Shown piece by piece: positions 11,032 through 22,821 of a DNA stretch of 64,000 bases (position 1 is its first letter; every line of letters begins with the position of its first letter). Location: positions 128,001 to 192,000 of the forward strand of contig CAVZMH010000013.1 of the NCBI GenBank assembly GCA_963776345.1. The letters run 5' to 3'. The position numbers were made by a program, and so were the translations under genes. The notes under the pieces are model-generated. The model had not been told where the DNA came from. It ran no database searches and was given only the letters and a program-made list of their open reading frames with translations. The DNA comes from an uncultured delta proteobacterium. Its GTDB lineage: Bacteria > Myxococcota > Myxococcia > Myxococcales > Myxococcaceae.

Positions 11032-11186
11032 GAGCGGCGCACCGGCGCCGCGCGATCGGGCTCAGCCCCCCGCACCAGGGGGACGCTCGATGAGCGGCGC
11101 ACCGGCGCCGCGCGATCGGGCTCAGCCCCCCGCACCAGGGGGACGCTCGATGAGCGGCGCAGCGGCGCCGCGCGATCGGGCTCAGC
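11032..11186. repeat. 60-bp tandem repeat, about 2.6 copies, with internal hairpins
   Basis: 11041-11100 is identical to 11101-11160; partial third copy runs to 11186. Confidence 0.95.
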
Positions 11187-11937
11187 GCCGGGTGTCGCGC
11201 GCACGCGTCACCAGGCCGCGGTAGACGCCGAGCTGCAACGGCATCGACTGGAGCATGAGCTCCGGGTGCCACTGCACCCCCACCGAGAAGGCGCCGTTGC
11301 TCGACTCGATGGCCTCCACCACCCCGTCGGGCGCCACCGCGCTCGGCACCAGCCCCTCGCCGAGGCGCGACACCGCCTGGTGGTGCGTGGAGTTCACCAT
11401 CAGCTGGCCGCGGCCCACCAGCTCGGCCAGCACCGTGCCGTCCCGCACCTCCACCGGGTGCGACGGCTGCGCGCGGTCGTGCGCCTGCTCGTGGTTCCGC
11501 GCCTCGGGCAGGTCGCGCTGGATGTCCTGGAAGAGCGAGCCGCCGAGCACCACGTTCAACAGCTGCATCCCGCCGCAGACCCCGAGGACCGGGAGGCCCC
11601 GCCGGAGCGCGGCCTGGAGCAGGGCGGTCTCGAAGCGGGTGCGCGCCGGCTTGAGCGCGCCCAGCCCCTCCCGCGGCGACTCGCCGTAGGCCTCCGGCGG
11701 CACGTCGAACGCCCCTCCGGTCACCACCAGGCCCGAGATGCGATCGAGGAAGGCATCGATCATCCCCGGGTCCGTCGCCAGCGGGAGGACCATCGGGAGC
11801 CCCCCCGCGCGGAAGACTGCCTCGGCGTAGGGCGACTTCAGCACGTAGCGGGACGCGAGCTCGCCACCGGCGACGTCCTCGATGTCCGGGGTCAGGCCGA
11901 TGGTCGGCCGGCGCACGACATGTCCGTGGGGCTTCAC
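11182..11937 (-). CDS. Gamma-glutamyl-gamma-aminobutyrate hydrolase family (peptidase C26, PuuD-like)
   Basis: GLVVTGG, GVCGGMQ (Cys nucleophile), NSTHHQAV, GVQWHPE. Confidence 0.9.
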   Translation of the reverse strand: MKPHGHVVRRPTIGLTPDIEDVAGGELASRYVLKSPYAEAVFRAGGLPMVLPLATDPGMIDAFLDRISGLVVTGGAFDVPPEAYGESPREGLGALKPARTRFETALLQAALRRGLPVLGVCGGMQLLNVVLGGSLFQDIQRDLPEARNHEQAHDRAQPSHPVEVRDGTVLAELVGRGQLMVNSTHHQAVSRLGEGLVPSAVAPDGVVEAIESSNGAFSVGVQWHPELMLQSMPLQLGVYRGLVTRARDTRR

Positions 11938-12584
11938 GCTCCCCCAGTCTCGCCCAGAAGGAACCCGCGTTGCAGGGCCTCGATGCGTGAGGCTGGGTCG
12001 CCACCGGCCCAGAGGTCGGAGAGCACCGCCACCCCGTGGACGCCGGTCCGGGCCACCTCGGTCACGCTGTCCAGGCCGATGCCACCGATGGCCACCACCG
12101 GGAGCGGGCTCTCCCGCACCTCCCGGCGGAGCCGCTCCAGCCCGAGCACCGGGGCGGGCACCTCCTTCGTCCGGGTGGCGAACACCGGGCCCAGCCCCAC
12201 GTAGCTCGCGCCCGCCTCCGCCGCCTGGCGCGCCCCCGCGGCGCTACGGACGGTCACCCCCACCAGCGGCCCCGCGCCGAGCAGATGGCGCGCGTCGGCC
12301 GGAGGGAGGTCCTCGTCGCCCAGGTGCACGCCGTCGGCGCCGGACAGGATCGCCCAGTCCACCCGGTCGTTCACCAGCGCCACCACCCCGGCATCCCGCA
12401 GCACCCGGACCGCCTCCCGCACCGCCTCCCAGCCAGCACGACCCTGCGCCCGCTTGCATCGCACCTGCGCCACCCGCACCCCGGCCCGGGCGAGCACCCG
12501 CGCCTGCTGGGCGAGCGACAGGTCCGGACGGACGCCATCGTCCACGACCGCGTACAGTCCTCTGGGCAGCGCGACGGGGCTCAA
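11934..12584 (-). CDS. thiE: Thiamine phosphate synthase
   Basis: LYAVVD, QVRCK, VNDRVD, GVHLGDEDL, GPVFATRTK, VAIGGI; TTG start estimated. Confidence 0.92.
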   Translation of the reverse strand: MSPVALPRGLYAVVDDGVRPDLSLAQQARVLARAGVRVAQVRCKRAQGRAGWEAVREAVRVLRDAGVVALVNDRVDWAILSGADGVHLGDEDLPPADARHLLGAGPLVGVTVRSAAGARQAAEAGASYVGLGPVFATRTKEVPAPVLGLERLRREVRESPLPVVAIGGIGLDSVTEVARTGVHGVAVLSDLWAGGDPASRIEALQRGFLLGETGGA

Positions 12585-12645
12585 GAGGTGCTCTCTCCGG
12601 AGACGGTTGTTGACGACCGGAGGGGGGCCCGTCAAATTCGCCGCC

Positions 12646-12837
12646 ATGGCTGAGCCGTTCGACCCGAAGAACATCGACAAGCGCACCGCTGCCCGGACCC
12701 TGGCCCAGGGAGAAGTCGACGAGAAGGCCTGGGACCGCTACCTCAAATCCCTTCCGGACGTCTCGGAGAAGGCCGCCCCGGTGGAGACGGTGATGGCCGA
12801 CGACGACTTCCTGGACGACGACACCGACGAGGACTGA
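12646..12837 (+). CDS. Small acidic hypothetical protein (63 aa)
   Basis: MAEPFDPKNIDKR...; GC-ending codons; directly upstream of the DUF1844 gene. Confidence 0.75.
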   Translation: MAEPFDPKNIDKRTAARTLAQGEVDEKAWDRYLKSLPDVSEKAAPVETVMADDDFLDDDTDED

Positions 12838-12840
12838 CCG

Positions 12841-13143
12841 GTGGCCGCAGCCGACGAGCGCGCGCAGGGTGAGACGTTCGTCCTCGAGCGCGCGGGCAAG
12901 GCCATCGACTTCACCACGGTCCTGCTGGGGTTCGCCTCGTCGGCGCTGATCCACATGGGCGTTCAGCCCCACCCCGATTCGGGCTCGGTCACCCGGGACG
13001 CCGCCCTCGCCCGCGAGGTCCTGGATCTCCTGGCGCTGCTCCGGGAGAAGACGCGGGGGAACCTCACCGTGGAGGAGGAGCGGTTCTTCGACTCGCTCCT
13101 CACCGACCTCCGACTGAAGTTCGTCGAGGCGTTCCCCCGTTGA
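12841..13143 (+). CDS. DUF1844 family protein
   Basis: ALIHMG, DLLALLREKTRGNLTVEEERF, LRLKFV. Confidence 0.85.
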   Translation: MAAADERAQGETFVLERAGKAIDFTTVLLGFASSALIHMGVQPHPDSGSVTRDAALAREVLDLLALLREKTRGNLTVEEERFFDSLLTDLRLKFVEAFPR

Positions 13144-13745
13144 CTGCACCGCGGTCCGCCGTCGGCTCGCAGGCGCGGGCCGTGGCCATCCTCTGCATGC
13201 TCGTCTCGGGCGCCTCGGGCTTCTCCTCGGTGAGCGAGGCGTTCACGCTCTCCGAGCGCTGGAGCCGGGCCACCGAGGCGCTCCCCCGCGGGACCCCCGC
13301 CGCCGACCTGGTGGCCCGGCTCACGGAGGCCACCGTCCGGGCGATGAAGCCCGACCGCCAGGCGCGGGCGGCGCTCCTCGTCGTGCTCGCCATCTCGCTC
13401 TGGTTCACCTTCGTGTGCGCGGGGCGGGTGCTCCGGCCGGCCGGGCTGCCTCGCGAGGGAATCCGGCGCATCCTGTGCTGGGCGGCGATCGTCTCCGCGG
13501 GCCTCCGCACGGTGGACGGCGCGGCCGACGCGGCGTTCTCGCTCCGCTTCGCCCGCATCGCGGGCCAGATGATGCCCGCCGGACAGCAGCTTCCCGCGGA
13601 GTGGCTGCTCCGGCCCCCGTTCACCGTCGGCACCTCGGTGCTCCGGACCCTGCTGGTGGCCGGAGCGCTGGCCATCATCGCCCAGTACTTTCGCTCGGCC
13701 CGGGTGAAGGCCTGGGCGGCGCTGCAGGACGAGGCTCCGCGCTAG
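13140..13745 (+). CDS. Hypothetical membrane protein
   Basis: About four hydrophobic segments; 4-bp overlap with the previous gene. Confidence 0.65.
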   Translation: MTAPRSAVGSQARAVAILCMLVSGASGFSSVSEAFTLSERWSRATEALPRGTPAADLVARLTEATVRAMKPDRQARAALLVVLAISLWFTFVCAGRVLRPAGLPREGIRRILCWAAIVSAGLRTVDGAADAAFSLRFARIAGQMMPAGQQLPAEWLLRPPFTVGTSVLRTLLVAGALAIIAQYFRSARVKAWAALQDEAPR

Positions 13746-13781
13746 CGGCGGCGCTCGCCCCCCCGAAAGGACGTCGGACCG

Positions 13782-14279
13782 ATGCGGGCCCGGGTGGACG
13801 AAGCGGCGCTGCGGGCGATCATCACCTACAAGTGGGTGAAGGGGGCGGTGCAGCTCGGGCTCGGGACCGCCCTCGCCCTCACCCTGGTCCTGGGCCTGAA
13901 CGACGCGCTCGCCGATTGGGCCCATCTGTTCCGGAACCACTCCACGCGGGCCTACGCCGTGCTGCTCGGGCGGGCGCTGGAGCGGGCCACCACGCCCCGG
14001 GGGTTGCACATCACCTTGCTTGCGCTCCTCGTCGACGGCTGCGTCACCTGCGTCGAGGGCTGGGCGCTGCACCGGCGACGGCCCTGGGGAGCGTGGCTGG
14101 TGGTCGGGGTCACCGGATCGCTCCTGCCGTTCGAGCTCTACGAGCTCATCCACCGTTTCCGCTGGGTCCGGGTGCTGGTGCTCCTGGTCAACGCCGCGGT
14201 GGTGGCGTTCCTGGTCGCGCACGCGCGGGCGCAGGTCCACGGCTTCGACGACGCCGAGGGGGACCAGCCTCCAGCCTGA
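13782..14279 (+). CDS. DUF2127 family membrane protein
   Basis: LRAIITYKWVKG, VEGWAL, LLPFELYEL, LLVNAAVV. Confidence 0.8.
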   Translation: MRARVDEAALRAIITYKWVKGAVQLGLGTALALTLVLGLNDALADWAHLFRNHSTRAYAVLLGRALERATTPRGLHITLLALLVDGCVTCVEGWALHRRRPWGAWLVVGVTGSLLPFELYELIHRFRWVRVLVLLVNAAVVAFLVAHARAQVHGFDDAEGDQPPA

Positions 14280-14292
14280 GCCCCGGGCTGGA

Positions 14293-14856
14293 TCAGCGCG
14301 GCGAGGCCGAGCGCTCGTGGAACAGCGGCTCGAGCGCCGGCGCCACATCGACGTCGAGCGGGATGAGCACGCTCCGGGCGTACGGCAGCCTCAGCAGCTC
14401 GGACCGCGCCAGCCCCAGGAGCCGGCCGAGGTGCCCCATCGGCCAGCGCTCGCGGAGCTTCTCGAACGCCTCGTCGGAGAGCGCGTCGTCCTCGACCTCC
14501 GCCTCGTCGTAGCGGAGCGTCTCGCCGCCCACCCGGTGACCGTCGCCGTAGGTCACCACCTGCTCCAGCTCGTCCGGATCGAAGACGTAGGCGTGCACCG
14601 TCACCCCGAACACCGTGGACAGCCGCTCCGCCAGGGCGTGGTGCTGGCCGTACCACTGCGCGCCGCGCCGGCCGTAGGTGTGGGGCGCGTCGTAGGCGAA
14701 GCGGACGACCTTCTTCACCACCGAGACCAGGAGCCCCGCTCCCTCGGACGGCTCCCCGTCGGCCTCGAGCGCATCGCGGGCCAGGCGGGGAAGCTCCCGG
14801 CCCTCCAGGCTCTCCAGGCGGCAAAGGTACCCGCCGTGCGCCTCGGATCGCGGCAT
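14293..14856 (-). CDS. Hypothetical protein divergent from clpB
   Basis: 187-aa ORF with typical codon usage that fills the gap. Confidence 0.7.
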   Translation of the reverse strand: MPRSEAHGGYLCRLESLEGRELPRLARDALEADGEPSEGAGLLVSVVKKVVRFAYDAPHTYGRRGAQWYGQHHALAERLSTVFGVTVHAYVFDPDELEQVVTYGDGHRVGGETLRYDEAEVEDDALSDEAFEKLRERWPMGHLGRLLGLARSELLRLPYARSVLIPLDVDVAPALEPLFHERSASPR

Positions 14857-14920
14857 TCCGGGCGCTTGTACATGCCCCGAGCCTGCTTGCCAACTTCGTG
14901 CCGGGACTTACCGTACCGAC

Positions 14921-17527
<2,607 letters not shown>

Positions 17528-17590
17528 GCCCGGACGGGCCGCCCGCCCGCGCGTCCCGGTGCGGGCGCCGCCCTCCCTCGCGAGCGGCGG

Positions 17591-18544
17591 TCAGAAGCCC
17601 AGGCACTGCTCGAGCGGCGGGACCCGCCGGCCGGTGGGGACGCGCACCAGGGTTCCCCCGTCCAGCGTGACCCGGTAGTTCCCGGACTCGTTGCCGCCGG
17701 TCAGGATGACCTCTCCGTAGTCCGCCGTCCCCTCGATCGGCGGCAGGCCCTCCCGGTCGATGCGGAAGGCGACCACGCCGGACATCGCGCCGTCGCCGCT
17801 GGCGTTGGTGCTCGAGACCTGCACGCCGTCGAGGACCACGCCATCGAAGTCCGCGTAGTTCGTGTACCGGATGGTGGTGACCGGGCTGAACAGGCCCACC
17901 AGCTGCACGGTCAGCATCCCGGAGAGGATGCCCGCGAACGGCTCCTCCCGGTTGAGGTACTGCGTCATCCCGGCGCTGTTGAAGCCCGGCACGCGCGCCT
18001 CGGAGGACTCGACGGCCAGGTTGGCCACGTGGAAGGCGCAGGCCGTGGCGGTGGCGTCGGTGCCGGTGATCCCGGTCGTCCGGCTGAGCAAGGTGCGGTA
18101 GCTCCCGGCCACCTCCGCCGGGCCGACGAGCTCGAGCGCATCGCCCGCGGCCAGGGCCACCGTCGCGGCGGTCACCACCGGCGGCGACAGCGTCTGGCGT
18201 GTGGCCCCGGTGCGTGAGCTCACCGGCTCGGTGTGCTCGTCGGGCAGGTGGAAGACCGTGTTCGCCGTCAAGTCGATCTCGTCGTTGCGGCCGGACCACG
18301 TACCCTGGAACGTCTCGACCGCTCGCGGCTGGCGCTCGTCGATCCGGGTGAAGGGCGCGCTGGTTCCCGCGTCGATCGGCGCGAGGATGAGGATCCGCGC
18401 CGCGCCCGCGTCGACGGCGATGAACGAGGTCCCGCTCACTGGGACGGTGCCGTCGAGCTTGTCGCCGATTCCCGGGTACGGACCGAGACAGGCCAGCAGG
18501 CCGGCTCCGAGGAGCGCCGCGGCCGCGAGGAGCACGGGCCTCAT
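17591..18544 (-). CDS. Hypothetical lipoprotein
   Basis: MRPVLLAAAALLGAGLLA-C lipobox; beta-rich mature part. Confidence 0.7.
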   Translation of the reverse strand: MRPVLLAAAALLGAGLLACLGPYPGIGDKLDGTVPVSGTSFIAVDAGAARILILAPIDAGTSAPFTRIDERQPRAVETFQGTWSGRNDEIDLTANTVFHLPDEHTEPVSSRTGATRQTLSPPVVTAATVALAAGDALELVGPAEVAGSYRTLLSRTTGITGTDATATACAFHVANLAVESSEARVPGFNSAGMTQYLNREEPFAGILSGMLTVQLVGLFSPVTTIRYTNYADFDGVVLDGVQVSSTNASGDGAMSGVVAFRIDREGLPPIEGTADYGEVILTGGNESGNYRVTLDGGTLVRVPTGRRVPPLEQCLGF

Positions 18545-19272
18545 GGCAGGTCCACCCCCACCATCATTCCCAGCCGGAGCACGAAGCCGTACTTCAGATC
18601 GTTGCTCCGGAGCGGGTCGTACAGATCGAGCGCCAGCGCGGTCACCACCCCGATCGTCCACCCCACCCGGCCCGGCTGCCAGCCGGGACGCCAGCGGACG
18701 ATGCCCGTGCCGCCGACGCCGAGCTGGAGGGCGTTGAAGTTGGTGAGCCCCGGCTTGCCGCCGAGGTTGAGCGCATTCATGTGCACCCCGGGGCCGCTCT
18801 CCAGCTCGAGCGATTCGCCCACGGCCCAGCGGTACTGCCATCCGACGAGCAGGTCGAGGCCTCCGCTGTTCTGGTAGATGGAGGAGATGGAGTGCACCCG
18901 GCCGTCCTGACGCGCCTGGAGGGGCAGGACGAAGCTCAGGTGGAGGAACGGGCCGGTCGCGTTGACCGACATGAGATAACCGAGCGAGAGCGAGTGGAAG
19001 GTGTAGTGGCTCTGCTTCTCGCTGAAGAACGTGGCCATGTGCCAGGCCGGCGAGAACTCGTGTCTCCAGCCGGCGCGCCGGTCGACCGGGGCGGTCACCG
19101 CGGGCGGCGTCTCGGGCCCGGGAGCTTCCGGCGCGGTCACCGCGGGCGACGTCTCGGGCCCGGGAGCTCCCGGCGCCTCCGCCGGCTGGGCCGCGCCCCG
19201 GACCGGAACGAGCAGCGTCCAACAGAGCGCCCACCCGGTCCAGACCACGGCCCACCGCTGCGGACGGCGCAT
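18541..19272 (-). CDS. Putative small outer-membrane beta-barrel protein
   Basis: Signal peptide, Pro-rich linker, then alternating amphipathic strands rich in aromatics. Confidence 0.6.
   Translation of the reverse strand: MRRPQRWAVVWTGWALCWTLLVPVRGAAQPAEAPGAPGPETSPAVTAPEAPGPETPPAVTAPVDRRAGWRHEFSPAWHMATFFSEKQSHYTFHSLSLGYLMSVNATGPFLHLSFVLPLQARQDGRVHSISSIYQNSGGLDLLVGWQYRWAVGESLELESGPGVHMNALNLGGKPGLTNFNALQLGVGGTGIVRWRPGWQPGRVGWTIGVVTALALDLYDPLRSNDLKYGFVLRLGMMVGVDLP
19091..19174. repeat. 42-bp near-perfect tandem duplication encoding a Pro-rich linker
   Basis: Two copies of gcggtcaccgcgggcg(g/a)cgtctcgggcccgggagct(t/c)ccggc. Confidence 0.85.
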
Positions 19273-19301
19273 TCGGACGCCCCTCCCGGTCCGAGGATAC
19301 G

Positions 19302-20678
19302 TCAGAACGCCTCGCCGGCGCCGAAGTAGACGCCCCAGGTCTTCTGGGCCACCGTGACGTCGAGGGTGATGTTGGTCCGGGACTGGCGGTTCATCATGAA
19401 ACGCAGGCCCACCCCCCCTGCCGGCGCGATGTACTGGAAGAGGTCGTTGCCCTGGCCGACGAAGCCCAGGTAGCTCACCGGCGCCCGGGAGAACGTCTCG
19501 GCGCTTGCGAAGACCACGCCGCCGAGGAGCCCGTTGTCGGTGATGCGGAAGCGCCACTCCGCCTCGGCGTAGATCTCCGCCGTCCCGCGGAAGCGCCCCT
19601 GCACGTAACCCCGCCCGGTCCGGTTCCGCGCGTCCCAGCCGATCGCCGGGAGCCCGAGGTACGGAAGCGTCCCGGTGACCGTGGTCTGGAACACGGCCCA
19701 GAAGGCGAGCACGTTCCGCGGCACCGACTTGGAGAGGCCCAGGTACCCGCGGAACTCTCCGTAGAACAGCGAGCTGTCCTGCGCGCTCCCCAGCCAGTGC
19801 GGGTACCACTGGTAGGTGAGCGCGGCGTAGATGCCCCGGTAAGGGTTGATGGTCGAGTCGCGGCTGTCCCAGACCACGTTCAGGCTCGGACCCGAGGTGT
19901 TGTATGCGCTGGGGTTGAAGCCCAGGGCCTCGCTGTAGGCGTAGTGGCTGGTCACCACCGCCGGGGTCGCCTGGAGGTTTAGGGACCGGTCGACGATGGC
20001 GTAGTAGCGATCGAAGTTGAACCCCGGGCCGATGTAGAAGGTCTCCGTCACCCGCTTGAGGAAGTTCTCGCGGATCCGGATGAGGTTCATGTCCATCGGC
20101 TGGGCTCCGGGGATCGCCGCGGTCGTCCCGTAGCCGTTGAGGGTGAAGCCGCCGCTGATCGGGGTTTCTCCCGTCCCCAGCCCGAAAGTGTCCTGGTTGA
20201 AGACCAGAAATCGCCAGTCCCCCTGGAGCTGCCAGGAGTTGTCACTGAGCATCAGCACGCTGTTGATGCCGGAAAGGAACTGGTTCTTGGTGGTGTAGAG
20301 GATGTTGGCCGAGATGTTGGAGATGGTGGTCGTCTTTGGATCGCCCAGGTAGATCCCGACGATGGCCGCGGCGCCGATCAGCGCCCCCTGCGTCGGGTTG
20401 TAGCCGATGACGGGGAGTATGGTGAGGAGCGGCTTGAACGGCTCGGCCTGGCGCGACTCCTTCTGGCTCAGGCCGACCGCGACGAAGAGGTCGGTGGCGT
20501 CCTGATAGGGGGTGCACTGCGACTCGACGCAGACCGAGCCCCGCCCCTCCCGGGCCACACATTCGTCTGTCCCGGTGCAGGACGCCGGCGCGGGCTTCAC
20601 CTCCCCCTCCGACTCGGCCGCACGGACGGCCGATGGCGCCGCGACCGTGAGCAGCAGACACAGCAACAGTGAGCGCAT
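19302..20678 (-). CDS. BamA/TamA (Omp85) family outer-membrane protein
   Basis: Signal peptide, WDSRDSTINPYRG, GRGYVQGRFRG, GVGLRF, terminal GEAF. Confidence 0.85.
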   Translation of the reverse strand: MRSLLLCLLLTVAAPSAVRAAESEGEVKPAPASCTGTDECVAREGRGSVCVESQCTPYQDATDLFVAVGLSQKESRQAEPFKPLLTILPVIGYNPTQGALIGAAAIVGIYLGDPKTTTISNISANILYTTKNQFLSGINSVLMLSDNSWQLQGDWRFLVFNQDTFGLGTGETPISGGFTLNGYGTTAAIPGAQPMDMNLIRIRENFLKRVTETFYIGPGFNFDRYYAIVDRSLNLQATPAVVTSHYAYSEALGFNPSAYNTSGPSLNVVWDSRDSTINPYRGIYAALTYQWYPHWLGSAQDSSLFYGEFRGYLGLSKSVPRNVLAFWAVFQTTVTGTLPYLGLPAIGWDARNRTGRGYVQGRFRGTAEIYAEAEWRFRITDNGLLGGVVFASAETFSRAPVSYLGFVGQGNDLFQYIAPAGGVGLRFMMNRQSRTNITLDVTVAQKTWGVYFGAGEAF

Positions 20679-20825
20679 CGAGGCTCCCGGTGCCCGAGAG
20701 TCCTCGACGCTGGCTGGAAACTCCAGGCCAGCACGCACCGGCGCGTGTTGGCCCGAAGTCCTACGTCTCGAGGCGTTCCCGCCAACCTTCCGCCCCGGTA
20801 GCCTTGCGCTGACGGGAGGCTGGCC

Positions 20826-22010
20826 ATGAGCGGCTCGCTGTCGGTTGGGAGGCACGACTTCTCGCTCGTCCTCGGAGGACCGCTGTACCAGCTGTTCCGC
20901 CGGGCCCACCTCGCCGGGCCTGCCCTGGAGCAGCTGTGGCGCCGCATCTGGGTCATCACCCTCCTGGCCTGGTTGCCCTTGCTCTGCCTGGCCCTGGCGA
21001 CCGGACTCGCCTGGGGGCCCCCGAGCGCCCTGCCCTTCCTCAGGGACATCGAGACACAGGTTCGCTTCCTGGTGGCGCTCCCGGTGCTGATCGCCGCCGA
21101 GCTCATCGTCCACCGGCGCACCCGGGTGGTGGTGGGCGAGTTCCTGGAGCGGAACATCGTGCGGGCTGCCGACGTTCCTCGATTCGAGAGGGCGATCGCC
21201 TCGGCGGTGCGCCTGCGCAACTCCGTTCCCCTCGAGCTGGGCTTGTTCCTGCTGGTGCTCACCGTCGGCCACTGGTTCTGGAGGAGCCAGATCGCCTTCG
21301 GAGCATCGAGCTGGTACGCGGTGGCCGACGGCGATCGGATGCGGCTCGCGCCCGCCGGAGTCTGGTTCGCGTTCGTCAGCGTGCCGATCTTCCAGTTCAT
21401 CCTCCTGCGCTGGTACCTGCGGCTGCTGATCTGGTTCCGCTTCCTCGGTCAGGTCGCCCGGATGGACCTTCACCTCGTGCCCACCCATCCCGACCGGGCG
21501 GGGGGTCTGGCCTTCCTGGGGAAGAGCACCTACGCCTTCGGACCGTTCCTCTTCGCGCAGGGCGCACTGCTCGCCGGCCTGGTGGCCACCCGCGTCCTCT
21601 ACGGAGGGCAGAGCCTCCTCGCCTTCAAGCTGGACGTCATCGGTCTCGTCGGCTTCTTCCTCCTGATCATCCTCGGGCCGCTCACCGTCTTCACTCCCCG
21701 GCTCGCGCGCGCCAAGCAGCAGGGCCTGGTCGAGTACGGGCAGCTGGGAAGCGAGTACGTCGCCGCCTTCGAGCGGAAGTGGGTGGGCGGAGAGGCAGGG
21801 GAGGAGCCTCTCCTCGGCACCGCCGACATCCAGTCGCTCTCGGACCTGGGGCAGAGCTACTCCGTCGTCCGGGAGATGAACGTCGTCCCCTTCGGTGTGC
21901 AGGACATCGTCCGGCTGGCGGTGACCACCGCCGCCCCGCTCCTCCCGCTCGGCTTGACCATCTTCTCGGCCGAGGAGTTGCTCCTCCGCCTGGTGAAGAT
22001 CGTCCTCTGA
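20826..22010 (+). CDS. Conserved hypothetical multi-pass membrane protein
   Basis: FSLVLGGPLY, HPDRAGGLAFLG, LLGTADIQSLSDL; several TM segments. Confidence 0.8.
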   Translation: MSGSLSVGRHDFSLVLGGPLYQLFRRAHLAGPALEQLWRRIWVITLLAWLPLLCLALATGLAWGPPSALPFLRDIETQVRFLVALPVLIAAELIVHRRTRVVVGEFLERNIVRAADVPRFERAIASAVRLRNSVPLELGLFLLVLTVGHWFWRSQIAFGASSWYAVADGDRMRLAPAGVWFAFVSVPIFQFILLRWYLRLLIWFRFLGQVARMDLHLVPTHPDRAGGLAFLGKSTYAFGPFLFAQGALLAGLVATRVLYGGQSLLAFKLDVIGLVGFFLLIILGPLTVFTPRLARAKQQGLVEYGQLGSEYVAAFERKWVGGEAGEEPLLGTADIQSLSDLGQSYSVVREMNVVPFGVQDIVRLAVTTAAPLLPLGLTIFSAEELLLRLVKIVL

Positions 22011-22014
22011 CGCC

Positions 22015-22794
22015 TCAGGCGACGATGTTGGTCCCGCCGTCCACGTACACCGTTCCCCCGGTGATCCGGCGAGCGAAGGGCGTGGCCAGGTAGGCGCAGG
22101 CGAAGCCCACGTCCATGATGTCCACCAGCTCTCCCAGCGGGGCCTTCTGCGCCGCCTCGTTCAGGAGCAGCTCGAAGTCCTTCAGCCCCCCGGCGGCGCG
22201 GGTCTTCAAGGGGCCGGGGGAGATGGCGTGCACCCGGATGCCGGACGGCCCGAGCTCGTAGGCGAGGTAGCGGCACGCCGCCTCGAGCGCGGCCTTCACC
22301 GGGCCCATGACGTTGTAGTTGGGCACCACCCGGTTCGCGCCGTAGTAGCTCATCGCGAACATGGTCCCCCCGTCCTTCATCAGGGGCGCGGCCAGCTTCG
22401 CCATCCGGATGAACGAGTGGCAGGAGATGTCCATCGCCTTGGCGAAGCCCGCCGCCGAGCAGTCCAGGAGCCCTCCCTGGAGGTCCTCCTTGGGCGCGAA
22501 GGCGATGGAGTGCACCAGGCTGTCGAGCTTCCCCCAGCGGGTCCGGATGAGCTCGAACACCGCCTCGAGCTGGCCGGGCACGCCCACGTCCAGCGGGGCG
22601 GTGATGGTCGCCCCCACCTCCCTCGCCAGCGGCTCCACGTGCGGGCGCGCCTTCTCGTTGAGCCAGGTGACCGCCAGCTCGGCCCCGGCCAGCCGGAAGG
22701 CCTTGGCGCAGCCGTAGGCAATGGATTGGTCGTTGGCGATACCGACGACGAGGACCTTCTGGCCTTCGAGGACCGGTCTGATGCTCTCGTTCAT
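22015..22794 (-). CDS. fabI: Enoyl-ACP reductase
   Basis: GIANDQSIAYG, HSIAFAP, YNVMGPVKAALE, ISPGPLKTRA. Confidence 0.93.
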   Translation of the reverse strand: MNESIRPVLEGQKVLVVGIANDQSIAYGCAKAFRLAGAELAVTWLNEKARPHVEPLAREVGATITAPLDVGVPGQLEAVFELIRTRWGKLDSLVHSIAFAPKEDLQGGLLDCSAAGFAKAMDISCHSFIRMAKLAAPLMKDGGTMFAMSYYGANRVVPNYNVMGPVKAALEAACRYLAYELGPSGIRVHAISPGPLKTRAAGGLKDFELLLNEAAQKAPLGELVDIMDVGFACAYLATPFARRITGGTVYVDGGTNIVA

Positions 22795-22821
22795 GGTGAT
22801 TCCCTCTGCTGGCACGCGGCT

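Noticed and set aside
11032..11186. Possible mini-CRISPR array
   Set aside because: The units repeat completely with no unique spacers, and there are no cas genes in the window
12585..12645. TPP riboswitch upstream of thiE
   Set aside because: The gap is too short and lacks the conserved CUGAGA core
14857..14920. CIRCE or HAIR heat-shock operator upstream of clpB
   Set aside because: No TTAGCACTC or CTTGAGT inverted repeat is visible
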